Shown in pieces: positions 1 through 14,283 of a DNA stretch of 64,000 nucleotides. Numbering within the stretch: position 1 is the stretch's first letter; every line of letters begins with the position of its first letter. The position numbers were made by a program, and so were the translations under genes. The stretch covers positions 33,294,001 to 33,358,000 of the forward strand of contig NC_042999.1 of the NCBI RefSeq assembly GCF_006345805.1. Reading direction: 5' to 3'. The stretch is from Octopus sinensis. Its lineage: Eukaryota. The notes beneath the pieces were generated by a model. That model ran no database searches and was not told where the DNA came from. It saw only the letters and a list, made by a program, of their open reading frames with translations.

Positions 1-761
1 TCCACCTCAACACGTGTGTGAATATCTGAAGTGGCAGAGGAGTTTCATAGATTCTGAGAGATCGCAGACAGCTTAAGTATCGAGGTCAGCAGTTATACTA
101 CATACACATTTAGAAACATATATGTGTATTTCTATCGGTGATACACTTAGTTGCATCATAACACAAATATGATTTTCATAATTTTGTAATTGTGCCATTT
201 AGATTTCGAATATTATGTGCACCATTTTCTCGTAATGGTTTAGTGTAATATGTTACATTGTGATTTAATACATTAAACATGAAAATTTATGCTATTTTGA
301 TACCTGAAAATGGTAACTCGCGTTACGTAGGAAAATCACTGCACCTGTCAGTTGCTCTTCAAATTCCAACTTACATAATTGCATTTGACACTTCAAACAC
401 GGAAACGTTTCTTAAGTTGATTATGAAGTGTGATCAAAAGCTATCAGTTTACTTCTTTTTAGTATTTCTCGCATTCTAAAGTGAACCAATACAATTACTA
501 TTCGATTTGGTAGTTTTTAAGTTACAGCTAAATTCATCTTACTTCACGAAATATCTAATACGTTTTCTAATCATAAGTGTCGTGTAATAAGTAAATGATT
601 GCAGCCTCAAGCGAAAGTACCTTTCTTCCTAGCAAAGTACCATAGCGATAAATGAGTACTATATTTCTATCTAAATAACACTCATTAGTATTCCGCTTCC
701 AAAATTTTAAATGTCTATCCTTTCGTTCGATTTTATTTTCTTTCTAATATATACTGAGATG

Positions 762-929
762 ATTCCGTCTGTCTTTACGTTCCGAGTTCAAATCCCGCCG
801 AGGTCGACTTTGCCTTTCGTCCTTTCAGGGTTGATAAATTAAGTACCTTTTGCATACTGGGGTCGATCTAATCGACTGGCCCCTTCCCCTAACTCTAATT
901 TCGGGCCTTGTGCCTAGAATAGAAAAGAA
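762..929 (+). mobile_element. tRNA-derived SINE, family A, 5'-truncated
   Basis: B-box-like GAGTTCAAATCCC and body GAGGTCGACTTTGCCTTTC...GGGTCGATCTAATCGACTGG; related copies at 4258, 22141, 24717 and 53143. Confidence 0.85.
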
Positions 930-1229
930 CAGATATTGAGTCGGCCAAAATATCAGTTCGATTTTTGACGACGCTGAACGTCATGCATTGCATACTAGCA
1001 AGTAGTTAACATAGGTTTGCACATTTTCCGTGGGCACTCATTATATACTTGTCCCTTCAACGTAATTCGAGGCTAAATCTGTGACAAGAAGGGTTGTATT
1101 TGGCTTACTTATAGTTACACTGAAAACAGAGGGCGAGACGAACGTTAGCGACACCGCATGCTTTTCTGTTTAAAAAAAAATGGTAAGCAAGAAGTCATAG
1201 AATCGTGCAGGAAGATATGCACTGTCTAT

Positions 1230-1790
1230 GGAAGGAATGCTGTTCTGGAAAGTGTGTGCCAGAATTAGTTTTCAAGATTTCGATCAGGAGACGTTTCGCT
1301 TCAAACCCCTTTTATGTCCAGGAATATTGCATATATTTAACATATATCAAAATCGAGTTCTGAAAAACCATGTGTGTCAACTTGATTACGTCACCGCCCT
1401 TGCCGATTGGGACCTACAACAATTGTATGAAGCTTACCGTGTCCAGTCGAATTCTATCTGCCATTTATTTGCAGAAATATGAAAAACAAATATCCTGTTT
1501 TTCAAGAGAATATTGCCAAGTACGAAATATGAAATGTCTATAACAATATTTGGAGGAGGAGCGGTGGACCACCACAAGCAAATTCGAAATTAAAGCTTTA
1601 CCAAAAGAAGACTAAATATTCTAAATAGTAGAACCTTTATTTCAACAGATTTATGATAGCAAATAAGTTACCTGTTGACACTGGAATACGTTGCATTCTG
1701 ACAATTTAAAGAGAAACTTAAAAGTACCAATCTGCAGTGGAGCGGCTGGTCTGTGAAAGTTATGGGCACAGTCCCAACAGCCTTATTCAG
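1230..1790 (+). pseudogene. Decayed PIF/Harbinger-like transposase fragment
   Basis: Translation TALADWDLQQLYEAYRVQSNSICHLFAEI...LPSTKYE...GAVDHHKQI...LYFN resembles Harbinger LRYLATGDSY..L...FRV..NTI / GAIDGKH / LYFNYK motifs; in-frame stops. Confidence 0.45.
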
Positions 1791-3599
1791 TAAATGAAGG
1801 ATATGTTATATCATTTGCGACTATTTTATCATTTACGTTGCATTACGTCTCCACATCTGGCTTTCATAGGAATAATTTAAATATAAAGCCAATCACGTTG
1901 CTCTCCTTTTTATTTGGAAACTAAATGTCATCAGTTATCATATCAAAAAACAATAAAAAGAATTGATGCAATGTTTTGTGCATAAATCATGAAGCTTTTT
2001 GCTTTTCATCAGCCAGAAAATGAAGACGAACGCAATTTTGGCTATAGTTGCGTGCATGATGTAATTTCGAATGTTCGTCGTTGCAATATTATTGTACTAC
2101 TATATAGTTTACATTACTGAGGGCAATGATAATATGTACTCAGTAATATTTGCTGGTCCTTTAAATTACTACAATTCCTAACTCAGGAAGACAGATTAAA
2201 TGCGTACATACTGAAGAATATAATTCATGTTCACACAATAAGAGATACACTGATGAGGTGATCTTTATATATCTAAAACATGTTTTGCCTCCTGAATATA
2301 TTATACGTTCAATAGTAATCTCATACATATTCCATTTGAAATAAGAGGGTTCAAATGTACTGGCGTTTCACTCTTTCAATATTGGACGTTCTTTTCTGAT
2401 AGCTAACAGTTCATTCAAAATGCTTATGAGACTTCTCTGAAACGTGAAAAAATTCGATGAAACTGAAACAAACTGCATCGTAACATACGAAATAAGCTTC
2501 CGTGCCAACATTATGATCATGCATAGTATAATCATGATATGTTATTGTCATTATAGTCAGACACACAAACGATTAATAATTGTGTGCATTTCGTATAACA
2601 CATATTTGAATAATTAGAAGTGTTCTATCCTTCTAGCTATTTTGCAAATTATAGTTGCAAAATGAAATATGAAACATTCGATGTCTGGCACAGATGTATG
2701 AATAATAATTATAATATATACTAAAATACCGTTTTGTTTTAAAGTCTATAAAACTATTAAAACGTTTACGGAAACTTATCCGTTTTGGCCTTTTATTATA
2801 TTTATATTATATTTTTTTATTTAGTTAGTTTTTTACAGATTTCATTTTATATATCATTTCACAGTTAACACTATCAACGGGAGATCAGTACTACATTTAA
2901 GACACGTAAGAGGAATGGGTTGATGTCCAGCATAGAGAGTCAGGTGTTAAGTCCCGAGAATCTGCTCAGAATTTGTTTAACTCTCTGACAGATTCCAATA
3001 GGAATAATGCTGTGGACCATTCAGATGTCTTAGGCTAGTGGACATCAACTGTGCAAGCTATCATACAGAATCAACAATTTGCAATATGCTTGGTCGCTCT
3101 AGATATGACCACACAGAACATCTTGTTACTGGAATATGAATTCATTTTCCAGGCGCCCAGATATTAAAGATACATTGCCGAATTAGTAAAGAAACAGTTG
3201 ACAGAAAAAAAAAGACTTCAGTGGCAGGTGATGGTGCGCCTTCAAAAGTGATGGAAGTATATTAAGTTGGTAACAAGTTAGGAAACTATTAGAGGCACGC
3301 CGACCGACGTGCTAGTACCGGGAAAGACCTCTGATTATTGGTTTAACTGAAACCCGAGTGTTGTCGCATGAAAGCTAAAGTGTGTGCGGCGTAATACAAA
3401 GCTGTCCGATTAGCCCAATGGCTGGTGGTATGACGTGGCAACTAAGCAACATTCAGGTATTTAGTACATCGAGATTGGTGCATGGAACTCGCTTACAGGT
3501 AGATACGTCTGTCTTTGAAACAGACATACGTGGGAATGTGGGGAGTGGGCGTTGAGTGAAAGACGTAAGTAGATATCTTGGCAGCCTACAGTCGTACCA

Positions 3600-4150
3600 G
3601 GAGACATTTGGTCTATCAAATGTCAATAAAAGAAACCAAGATCTGAGAAACTCAGTGTGAATTCGAAAGGTGCAAATTGCCTGATTTAGCTGGTCTGATC
3701 TTCGAGTTTTTTGTTCCATAATCCTTTTTAGATGACCCCCACCTCAGGCAGTAGAGCGTAACAAATCCTAGTACTGTGCGTAGTAAAATGGTCAAATTGC
3801 TGAGAAAAATGCCCATTACTCTTAACGCGGCTAAAAAAATTTCATGTACATTTTTTTCTAATAAAGAAAAGATATCTTCCAACTTGATCCTAATAAGCAG
3901 AAACCTTAAATTGAATTTGCTTGAAAGAAATCAACAATAAAAATAATATAACTAAATTTAAACCCATACTTGATAACAGGAGAAACTTTAACCACTATAT
4001 TTGTAAGTAGAAATACTAAAGTGAACCTGCAAATCTCAAATGCGAAGTTCAAAGAACTGTGTAAGCATAGTTATAACGAAAATTTCAGCAAAGCATAGAC
4101 AGCCATCATGACACCAGCTTCTCTCTTGGAAATCATTACTGTTGCGATAT
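3600..4150 (-). pseudogene. Possible highly decayed Gypsy integrase C-terminal region
   Basis: LRTVLGF...GSSKKDYGT weakly resembles LPTVLLGIRT...SSAELVYGT. Confidence 0.2.
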
Positions 4151-4257
4151 GAAACAATATCATTCAGTCTAACGGAGCTCATTGGCACAAATGAATTTTT
4201 AAACGGTGCAAACAATTTCAAGGCATCGGACTCGAGTGCTTGTTATAGAATATCTAA

Positions 4258-4597
4258 TTTATCTTCTACTCTAGTCACAAGGCCCGACATTTTCGGGGAG
4301 GCGACCACTCGATTAGATCGATCCAACACGCAACTGGCACTTAATTTATCAACCCCCGAAGGATGAAACGCAAAGTCGGTCTCAGCGGGGCTAAACACAG
4401 AGAGGACAAACAAAGACAGACAGACGGATTAAGTCGATTATATCAACCCCAGTGCGTAACTGGTACTTACTTTATCGACCCCGAAAGGATGAAAGGCAAA
4501 GTCGACCTCGGTGGAATTTGAACTCAGAATGTAAACACAGGCGAAATACGGCAAAGCATTTCGCCCGGCGTGCTAACGTTTCTTCCAGCTCACCGCC
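4258..4597 (-). mobile_element. Two adjacent family A SINE pieces (one with head, one truncated)
   Basis: Reverse complement of the 762-929 and 24717-24930 consensus; core present twice with different 3' tails. Confidence 0.85.
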
Positions 4598-5589
4598 TTG
4601 TTATTGAATACATCATATCAAAGATACGATACATGCACATTTCCAAACCATCAACGTCATAAAAATGTAAAACCTATAAAATCTAACAAGAACCATAATG
4701 TATACTACCAAAACGACAATACAACATTTTAAAATGTAATGGGCAAAGAAACATTGAAATTATGCTTCGTAAACAGTATTATGATAAAGCAAATACTCCT
4801 AATAAAAGGAATATGTCTCATATACAAAGTCGATGTAGTGATAACTACTAAGGTGAATGAAATAAAACATAAAATAATATTATAATGGGGTTAATAATTA
4901 TATTACAAATCAATTGAATTACAATAAACGTAAATAAAAAATAATATCATATGAAAGAATAACTTCCTGACACACTCGTTTTTTTTAATATAGAATTTGC
5001 ACGGTTAAATTATGTTGGGAATTGAATATTATTAAAACATAAATTCATAAGCGTAGAAGAAATTCTAGACCGATACAGACGTTAAAATTTTGCATAATAT
5101 AAGCAATCAAATAAATCACAACATCGCAACCTATGACTCCACAAATATCATAACATGTTCTAGATTTCATTTTATAATGCCCTAATGTTACTTAAAGTAT
5201 AAAACAAATACAATTTCATTGGACGTGAAGAACATTGACGATCACATTAACATAACTAACTTCTTACAGGGACCATCTCAATGATCAAACTGTTGTCTCA
5301 ACAAATTAATTTAAATGTACAATACTAGCCATGCAGTAAGTAGAGTTGGTGCTAAATGCACGGATACATTCAGATAGCGATCTTTGGCAAGAAATCAGAG
5401 CAATAAATTATGTTACTTAAAAGCATAAATACACTGGGCATCTTGGGTTATTCCTCTTGAACATTTAGTTTTAAAATTATGAATAAATAGCACTATTTTC
5501 ATAATACACATACATACACATACACACAAACAAACACATAGACAAACACAGACACACACATACACACACACATAAAGACACACACACGT

Positions 5590-6200
5590 ATCAATTTGAC
5601 CGACCAGTGTCTGATGTCACTTTGAATCCGCTGGCCTCAGCATTCCCTCCGTTCCGCTTTACATCTGATCCTCCTCAATTGCGGTCGAACTATTCAGTTT
5701 ATAAGATCAATCAATCTCAGTGGATATCGTCTGAGTAATCGTTTCCGTTTTCGCGGGTTCCACTCAGCAACTGGAGGGCCCCACTGATAGCCAGGTTGGC
5801 ATATAACATATCGAGCTCATCTAAGCGTGTTCAGACAGTATTCATCCTTCACTCCCGTTCTTTCTCTAATCTGGTTGATTCTGACTCAATTGCTCAAGTA
5901 GGAGCACATCATCGACGTTTCCATGGCTCTTGGCGCAGTTATTTACGGTCGTTCTTCCTTATTCTTTGTCTCCCAATGCATAGAGCATGGAGTTACAACC
6001 GTACTGTCGAAGAGGTCTGTTAACGAGTGGCTTTGTCAAGATCGCTGATTTGAAGGCTCTGTAACCTAATCTTATTCTCCGCAAAATCTCATTATTTATG
6101 TTGAGTCCCACGGTTATAGCTTCGTCGAGATACACGTAACTTAGACACCACTTGTTTTCATCACCTCCAACTACAACTTGATCGGGTTTCACGTACCTAT
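5590..6200 (-). mobile_element. RTE-clade LINE 3' fragment, decayed
   Basis: ORF 5959-6192 contains YVYL...EILRRIRLGYRAF, typical of the RTE RT C-terminus. Confidence 0.6.
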
Positions 6201-7148
6201 TACGTTATATTCTACTATACACACGTCGCCTTGTTTACAATATAATTCGTCTCGACCTGTTACTATTTCTTTAAACATTTCCGTTAGATATTTATTTATG
6301 ATATATTTATACTTATAACGATATCATGCAATTATTATTTTTATATTCGTATTATCGATCTGGCTGTTTTTTTTATAAATATTATGAATATTAGAAATCA
6401 TTTTTCTCTCTTTTTCGATCGCTAAGAAAGTTTGAATTGTTCTTTTTGAACTTATTTTTTCTCATATATCCATAAATGTATGTGTGTGTGTGTATGTGTG
6501 TGTGAGTGTGCGTGAGTATGTGTGTATACACATAAATGTATACGACGGGTTTCTTGCACCCTCAGTCTAACACATCCGTTCACAAGTGTTTGGTCGTCGA
6601 GTAGTTATAACAGAAGATACTGAACCTTATAGATTTTGTCTGTTTTACACGAATAATGCTGAGCAAATGCTAAGATCAACCGGATCGTATGTTTCTAGAC
6701 GCATATATATTTCGTTTTCTTTTAATAACAAGCATGTTGAAGACCCTGTGACGCATATTCTAACGCTTCTTCGGCAACCAATCAAATCTTGGTGACTTAT
6801 TCGTACTTCGAAGAGTTTTCAAATATCCACACCTATATAACATGCGTAGAGAAAATTCAAAATGCGTCTTTAGGTTCTGTGTAATTTTCTTTCTTAAAAA
6901 AGAAATAAATATATACATTCGAGATACAACCACAAGTGTAGCTAAATGTATTACTTGAAATACATGAGTAATTACATGTATCATTTTCTTTTACATTTGA
7001 CGATTAGTTTCCAGTATAAGTCATGCCTTCTAATATCTTCAGGCCAGTAAAACTAATAATTAGAAATGAAAGTAAAAGTTTGTTTAGCAAATAACCAACA
7101 ATAATGTCTCCATAAAAAGGAAGTGTCTATCATATTCAAAGACCTATG

Positions 7149-7228
<80 letters not shown>

Positions 7229-7297
7229 TTATATTTATATTTATAAATACACATAAGTCTTTATATACACATATATATACACACACATATATATATG

Positions 7298-7330
<33 letters not shown>

Positions 7331-8249
7331 TTGTGTGTATGTGAGTGTGTGTGTGAGTGTTGCAGCATATTACACATATACACAGTCGCGTCTATCTATG
7401 GAACAGTCTATACATATACACATACACACGCACACGCACACACGCACACACACACACACACACGCATATATATGTATGGATGTATGTTTAGGAGAGAGAG
7501 AGAGAAAGAGAGTCAAACTGTGAAAGAGACATAATTACTCACACGCTTATGCACGCATATACATGCGCGCAGAAGAACAAAAGTGCACATACAAATAATA
7601 AGCAAAACATTTAGACTAATGGAAATTTTTTGCTCGTACTATTTTTCATCTGGTATAACTAATGGAAAGTGTATATAATTCTATATTTGTTTCATTTACG
7701 TTAAATTTTCATCTTTCCACGAAAAAAAAAACCCAAAAGAATTTTGTTTCCGTGGTTTGGCTATATTTTTTATATATTATTATTAATTAATATGATAGAT
7801 ATGAACACATTTAGAGAAGATTTGGACTTAGTGTGGAACAGATTAGAAAAAATCTACATGTTAATACAGTTTGTTTAGTATTGAAGGAGTTGCTTCTGTA
7901 AATTCACCAGTAAATTACTTGTTTGAAATATATCCAATAGCGATATCCTACTTGGCACCTGGATAGTATATACTAAAATGATAAAGTACTATTACTTACT
8001 CAAGGTGACGTGGGTTTAAGTAATATTAGAGGAGAGGGATTATTTGATTTTCTATGGTCAAATAACTAATACAGATAAGTGATATATACAGAGTGAATTA
8101 CATTTATTAAATGTAAGTGATTTCCAGGGCAAGTATTGGAGGTTCGGTGAAAATACTAATATAGCGTAACATGTAGTACTTATAAGCGAATACATTCCAT
8201 GTGTTCGTCCTTTGAACATTCGTAGATTTCCGTTTTTAACTTCAAATTT

Positions 8250-8295
<46 letters not shown>

Positions 8296-8620
8296 CGACT
8301 GATCGAATTAATAAAATTAGTGAGTTTTTTCCTACCATTTTTAGATTTATAGGAAATATTATGTTGATAAGGAAATGAATTTTCGATTCTAATCCAGAAA
8401 CGATTCGTCCATAATTGATCTAAAGGAGGTTGTGTGATTTCGTTGTCTTCCTTCTTTTTTACCATATACGGGTTACAAATACTGTTGTTTGTGGGGATTA
8501 TTTTTGTAGTAAGAGTAATGGTAACCTACTTGGTTTATATTTCTAATATTTTCGGTATGTGGTTTAAGCAACTTGCTGCAAATAACCCTTTATTATAATT
8601 ATATATATATATAAATATAT

Positions 8621-8701
<81 letters not shown>

Positions 8702-8737
8702 TAAATAGGAAAAAAGCAACAAGAATGGATTAAAATC

Positions 8738-8821
8738 TCGGTACGATCGTTTCGTACGAGGACATCTTTAATAAGCTACAAAAAATGCAGTGAATACAGA
8801 TGGCTCGTACTCGTCAGCCGA
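8738..8821 (-). ncRNA. Type I hammerhead ribozyme, canonical core
   Basis: Reverse complement of 9981-10064. Confidence 0.9.
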
Positions 8822-9980
8822 AAAAATATCAGAGAATTCCCAAACATCAAAAGGGGTAGATACAAAAAAAGAGGTTTTTTTTCTCTCTCTGATGGTACTA
8901 TTTAATACTTATTGACTTAAATTATTTGATTTATTTCTATTGGACCATATTATAATAAATTAAATTTTGCTCTATTTTTATCTCCATTTCTTAGTCTATT
9001 TTTTATCCCATTACAAATATTAGTTAGTTAAATCTCTTAATTTCTTTTACATTTTATTAATTAATTTCTTTTACATTTTAAAAATTAATTCTGCTAATCC
9101 CAGACCTATCGTAGTGTATTGTGATGTGATATAATATATCAAAATAATATAATATAATATAGTGTAGTGTATTATAGTTTAGTATAATAATAATATAATT
9201 GTTTAATTTCATTTAAAAACAACCCCATCTTTCTTTCCTTTCTAATGACCTCTTTGTAACCTGACAATCTATTAATAGTAACATTTATAAATAAAGAAAT
9301 AAATTGTTGACCTCAGTTCGATTTTTTTCTAAACAAACTTAGACTTTTTTGTTAGTATCAAATTGTGCCCATCCCCTTTGCTTCCCCTTTCCTTTCTCTT
9401 TGACAGCTTAAATAGCAGTAATTGATTAAATTCCTACCCCTTCCTCCTCTTTCTGTGATTCTTGAAAATTTCATTAACAACCTGAACCACTACAATATAA
9501 GACTGTCATTTTGCTTCTCATTCGGATTCCCTGATATTTTCGCATGATTGTACCCTAAATCTCTCCACAAAACTGGATTATGGACTATAAGGACATACAC
9601 AAATTTTGTAAGTTCAAGACTTTTTCATCGGACCTCCAAAAATTCGAACTTATCTGTGATTCTTGTAAATTTCAATAACAATCAGTTCCTCTACACGATA
9701 TGACAGTCATTATATTTTTACTCAGACTTTCCTCTACATGATATGGCAGTCACTTTGCCTCTTACTCGGATTTTCAGAAATTTTACATGACTGTATCCGA
9801 ACATTTCTTCATACAACTTGATCAAATATTCAATATGAGCTATATGTAGACATGCATAAATTCTATAGGTTTAAAACCTTTCATCGGATCTCCATGAATC
9901 GAACTTTCTTCAATGCAGTTAATCTTACAACCTCTTTTGTATCTACCCCTTTTGATGTTTGGGAATTCTCTGATATTTTT

Positions 9981-10064
9981 TCGGCTGACGAGTACGAGCC
10001 ATCTGTATTCACTGCATTTTTTGTAGCTTATTAAAGATGTCCTCGTACGAAACGATCGTACCGA
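9981..10064 (+). ncRNA. Type I hammerhead ribozyme, canonical core
   Basis: UCGG-CUGACGA-GUACGAG...CUCGUAC-GAAA-C-GAUC-GUA-CCGA: stem I 4+ bp, stem II 7 bp, palindromic minimal stem III. Confidence 0.9.
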
Positions 10065-10216
10065 GATTTTAATCCATTCTTGTTGCTTTTTTTCCTATTT
10101 GTAATCACCCCACTTGTCGTATGGTTAATACCATATAGATATCCGGTGCATCCTAGTTAAGGACCATATTCATGTGAATTCTTTAGAATTCACTAGAATC
10201 TCTATTACTTAACCGA

Positions 10217-10264
<48 letters not shown>

Positions 10265-11019
10265 GGGCAATTTCGGTTGTCCCGGCGTGGTGGATTGTAA
10301 TGTATATAAGAAAATAAAAAAGGAAAATACGCACACTTACATGGTTATTGTATAATTTTTATGTATCGACCGGTTTCGCAATTATGATTATATCAAAGTC
10401 GACTATAATGTTAAATATTAATTTTAATTTATAAGGTAGGAAACCCACCAATAATCTAATATCGGTATTAGTCTATATCTAATTACATAAATATTTAAAA
10501 ATGACTAATGTTTATAAATTATCAATGAAAATACATAAATGTATATAAACATTATAATTAAAATCTAAAATAATCTCTATAGATAAATATATATGCACAT
10601 ATAATAAAAACCTAATAAATTCAATTTTTCATATTTAAAGATGAAATAGCTAATTTCAAAATACAAATAAACAAACTGAAACGAACTTTCGGAAATCTTA
10701 TGTAAAAAACTTATAGAAATAATCAATTCGTAGTAATATAGCATCGAATAACTACTATAAATACTATAAATATAATTATCAATGGGAATAACTAGCTAAT
10801 ATCAATTTAAAGAAATAACTAAGTTAAGCTATTAAATTAGACATGGCCTTATAAATTAAAGTTAATATTTAACATTATAGTCGATTTTGATATGATCATA
10901 ATTGTTAAGTTCTATGTTTCTAGTTTGATAATAGAGTTTATTGTAAGTAAAATTATTATATTATTTATATCTTTAAAATATTGTTTAAATATTTCTGATT
11001 ATATTTTAGATGTTTCAAT

Positions 11020-11088
11020 TACCTGAAGATTGACTGTAACCATAACTCGAATTATTACGAATTGGACAGCCATGAAACGATCGTAGTG
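11020..11088 (+). ncRNA. Hammerhead motif with mismatched stem II
   Basis: UAC-CUGAAGA-UUGACUGU...ACAGCCAU-GAAA-C-GAUC-GUA-GUG; two mismatches in stem II. Confidence 0.6.
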
Positions 11089-11222
11089 TTTTACTCATTA
11101 TCTTTTATTAAACTTTCAATACTTTTGATATATATTTAAAATAATATAAATTAATTAATTTTATGTATTGGCTTATGTTTTTCATTGTTTGATTGCCTAA
11201 TAGTGGTTTTATTTCTAAGTTA

Positions 11223-11272
<50 letters not shown>

Positions 11273-11288
11273 ATATGTATGTATGTAT

Positions 11289-11335
<47 letters not shown>

Positions 11336-11779
11336 TTATATATATATATATATATATAATATATATATATAATATATATATACATACATACATATATATA
11401 TATAATATACAGGTGTGTGTGTAAAATTTCCGAAACTCTACTCCGCAGTCAATGTTTTTTATTATAAATTCCGATATAATCGGAATCAGAAATTTGTTGA
11501 AATAAAGGTTCTACTATATAGTATATTTAAACGTACATCTTCTACAGACGTTAAGGTCTGTTAATTCAATGGATTCTAAAGGGACTGGAAAATATCAAAT
11601 TTTCTGAAAGTTAGGAGGGAGGAATCTGTGTTAGTATACTTTATCAACTATAAACGCACTGTCTGGTAACATAAAATATAAACTGAAGCTAAAACTTATT
11701 AAAATATTCTTATTGTTTCTTCAACTTAACGGAGAAGCTGTTTTCTGACAGCGGGGAGTCAGGAAATTTTCATACACTT

Positions 11780-11900
11780 TGAGGCTCCAATCGAAACAGG
11801 GGACCCGAAATGAAAAGATTAATAAATGGTGTTATAGATTATGCCTAACCGAAAACGATCACGGCCACATCATCCAAACAGACGGTTTGAAACTGTACTT
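11780..11900 (+). pseudogene. Penelope GIY-YIG C-terminal fragment
   Basis: KWCYRLCLTEN resembles the K.C.LCL.EK motif. Confidence 0.35.
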
Positions 11901-11989
11901 AGTTGCTAGTGTATATATATATATATCTGTGTGTGTGTGTGTGTGTGAATGTGTGTGTGTATGTAGAATGTTACAGTTAGCTGGTGTCA

Positions 11990-12052
11990 TAATAAAACTC
12001 AGATTTTCGGATACCGGTGATGAAAACCGCTCCGGCATCTCTTCAGTTATTA
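11990..12052 (-). ncRNA. Decayed hammerhead motif
   Basis: UAAUAA-CUGAAGA-GAUGCCGG...CCGGUAUC-C-GAAA-A-UCUGA-GUU-UUAUUA; 6 bp stem I, 8 bp stem II, mismatch in stem III. Confidence 0.6.
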
Positions 12053-12309
12053 AGACAAAACGCTATGAAATGTAATGTTAATTAAAAGGAAATTACTCCA
12101 ATAGGCATGGTGAAAGTAATACTTCATTTATATGCACACATATACACACACATACATGTACACACACATACACATACTCACACACGAGTTCACATATACA
12201 TACAAACACACATATATACATATATATGTCTACGTATACACGCACATACACACGCAAATATACTCATGCACGCATCAGTACGCTCATACATACATATCTG
12301 CATGCACAC

Positions 12310-13670
12310 GCGATTTCAGTTCTAAGTGCCTCTTGTAATTTCTTAACTAGGTCTCCCTCTATTCTATTTCGGTCTAGTGCTATTGCCTTACTGTACCTAA
12401 CGGATTCTGCTTTAATTGCATTCTTTAGAACATACCACCATCTGTTTTTGATGTTGGCACCTATCAATGCTCTCATGACTAATGTGCTAATCCGGTACCT
12501 GTAAGCCTGGGGTGTTGTGAACGACGGGTGCAGCTTCATGTAACCAGGACCCTGCCTAAATGTCTTAACTAAGTCAAGTGTACAAGTCAAAATGTGGTAT
12601 GTGTAGCTGACTATATGGTATTCTGGACAACCTACACTATCCTTATCCACTGTCCTACAGAATACTCTATCTACGTAGAATCTCGACGCCCCGATGTGGT
12701 TGCTCCATGTCCACATTGGCATATACTGGCGGTCCAGTCTGTACCTGTTAGACAGTTGGAAAAGTCTGAGCTGGTCTTTGACGCATTTGCAACTCCTCCT
12801 ATTACTATCTCTGCCCACGTAGTCTAGATGCGTGTCCAGGTTAGTATTCCAATCCCCCACTAAACGTAAAGGTAGAGACGTTCCCAGAAAAAAACCTCTA
12901 GACGTCGAAAGAAATCTGGCCGGCCTATTGAGGATGGTGCATAAACTGTTATCAGTCGAAAAGCACACCCATGTTCCTATCGAAAGATGTGTTCTACACA
13001 CGAAAGGAAGACGAAGAGAAAGAGAGAAAGAAAGTCACTTTCCGAAAGTTCTTTGTTTTCCACCCCATATTCTTCTCCCATATTGATTTTGTATAGTTTT
13101 TTTGGACAGGTATTTTCAGAATAGCCCAACTGCATCTGGGTAGAAAGATTTCCGGCTGCTGTGTGTGTTGTATGTTATGTGTATGATTTTAATGTGTTGT
13201 GGTGTGCTGTGCGTGGGTGATTCTTTGTTTCAGTATCATTTTGTGTTATGTTGGTGTTTGACCTAATGTATTCTATTAGGTCTGGGTTGCTGGTGATTAT
13301 GGCTGTCAACATTGCAGGGGGTGTTGTTTTAGTATGTTTGTGTTGATGCTTTTGTTTTCTGCAGGTGTTTTCGTTTCGGGAGTAGTAAACCTCCCTGCTT
13401 TGTCTGCTTCTCTATGCTTTTCCACCTTTTTCTCTTTCCCCCTGTGGACACCTGCCAATCCTCTATGTCGTCTTCATCTGAACTGTCGGAGGAATCAGAA
13501 GATGGGAGGGGAAGTGCATTGGGGTCTATTTCTGAGTGTGTTGACTTTGTTGTCGGTTTTGGTGCTGGTTCGTAACAGTTGGGGTGTAGTGTATAGGTTT
13601 TTAGGGGTGGGGTCTGAATCTGTGGTTTTCTCTTCCTCCATTGAAAGATAGGTAGATAGATAGACAAATG
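12310..13670 (-). mobile_element. Tx1/L1-clade LINE 5' part: APE endonuclease plus upstream ORF1-like region, 3'-truncated
   Basis: ORF 12264-13001: LVGDWN...WTW...YVDR...GPGYMKL...NRWWYVLK. Confidence 0.75.
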
Positions 13671-14207
13671 GACAGAGGGTAAGAGAGAGAAGGGGTATCC
13701 ACCTTCCTATTCACTATTCAGTCATTTATTTAATTATTTTTCCTTTTACCATTGTATTGGAATGGGTTTAAGGATGGTCACTACGCAAAAAAAGGTGTGG
13801 TTTGGTCATCACTGAAAATATTTTGTTTTTTTTCTATCCCTCTTCTTTTTTTTCTTTTGCTTCTTTTTTCCTTTTTCCTTGCTTTTCCTCCTTTCCTTCT
13901 TTTTCTCCTCTTTGAGTAACATTAACAATATATCCATTAGAATATATCCCTTCGAAACATTCATTTGGGAGGGAATATTTTTGATAAAGTGTAGTTCTGA
14001 ATGAAAATACATCAAGTATAATATTTGCAAATTAACAATTTGAAAAATCAATCAGTAAATAAAATGAAGCGAATACATACATATATATGATTGATTGATT
14101 GATTCTAGTTTCAGCTCACGAGCTGTGGGCATGCTGGGGCACCGCCATTTAATATATATATATATATATACAGGCACACACACATACCTACCTACATATA
14201 TATATAT

Positions 14208-14283
<76 letters not shown>

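Larger units (their letters stand above)
8703..10100. mobile_element. Element bounded by ~173 bp near-identical inverted repeats (8703-8876 and 9929-10100), each carrying a hammerhead; Penelope pLTR-like
   Basis: Arms are reverse complements; left arm abuts (TA)n; interior holds a degenerate ~200-250 bp tandem duplication (about 9455-9905). Confidence 0.8.

Noticed and set aside
2240-2290. CTGATGA...AAAACATGTT hammerhead-like string
   Set aside because: G12 is missing and stems I and II do not pair.
3220-3455. Possible LTR ending in CAACA
   Set aside because: No matching terminus, PPT or second copy found.
10355-10905. GAAACCGGTC half-motif on the minus strand and a ~55 bp inverted repeat (10380-10435 and 10845-10905)
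   Set aside because: The CUGANGA half is absent; probably a truncated pLTR, so not callable as a ribozyme.
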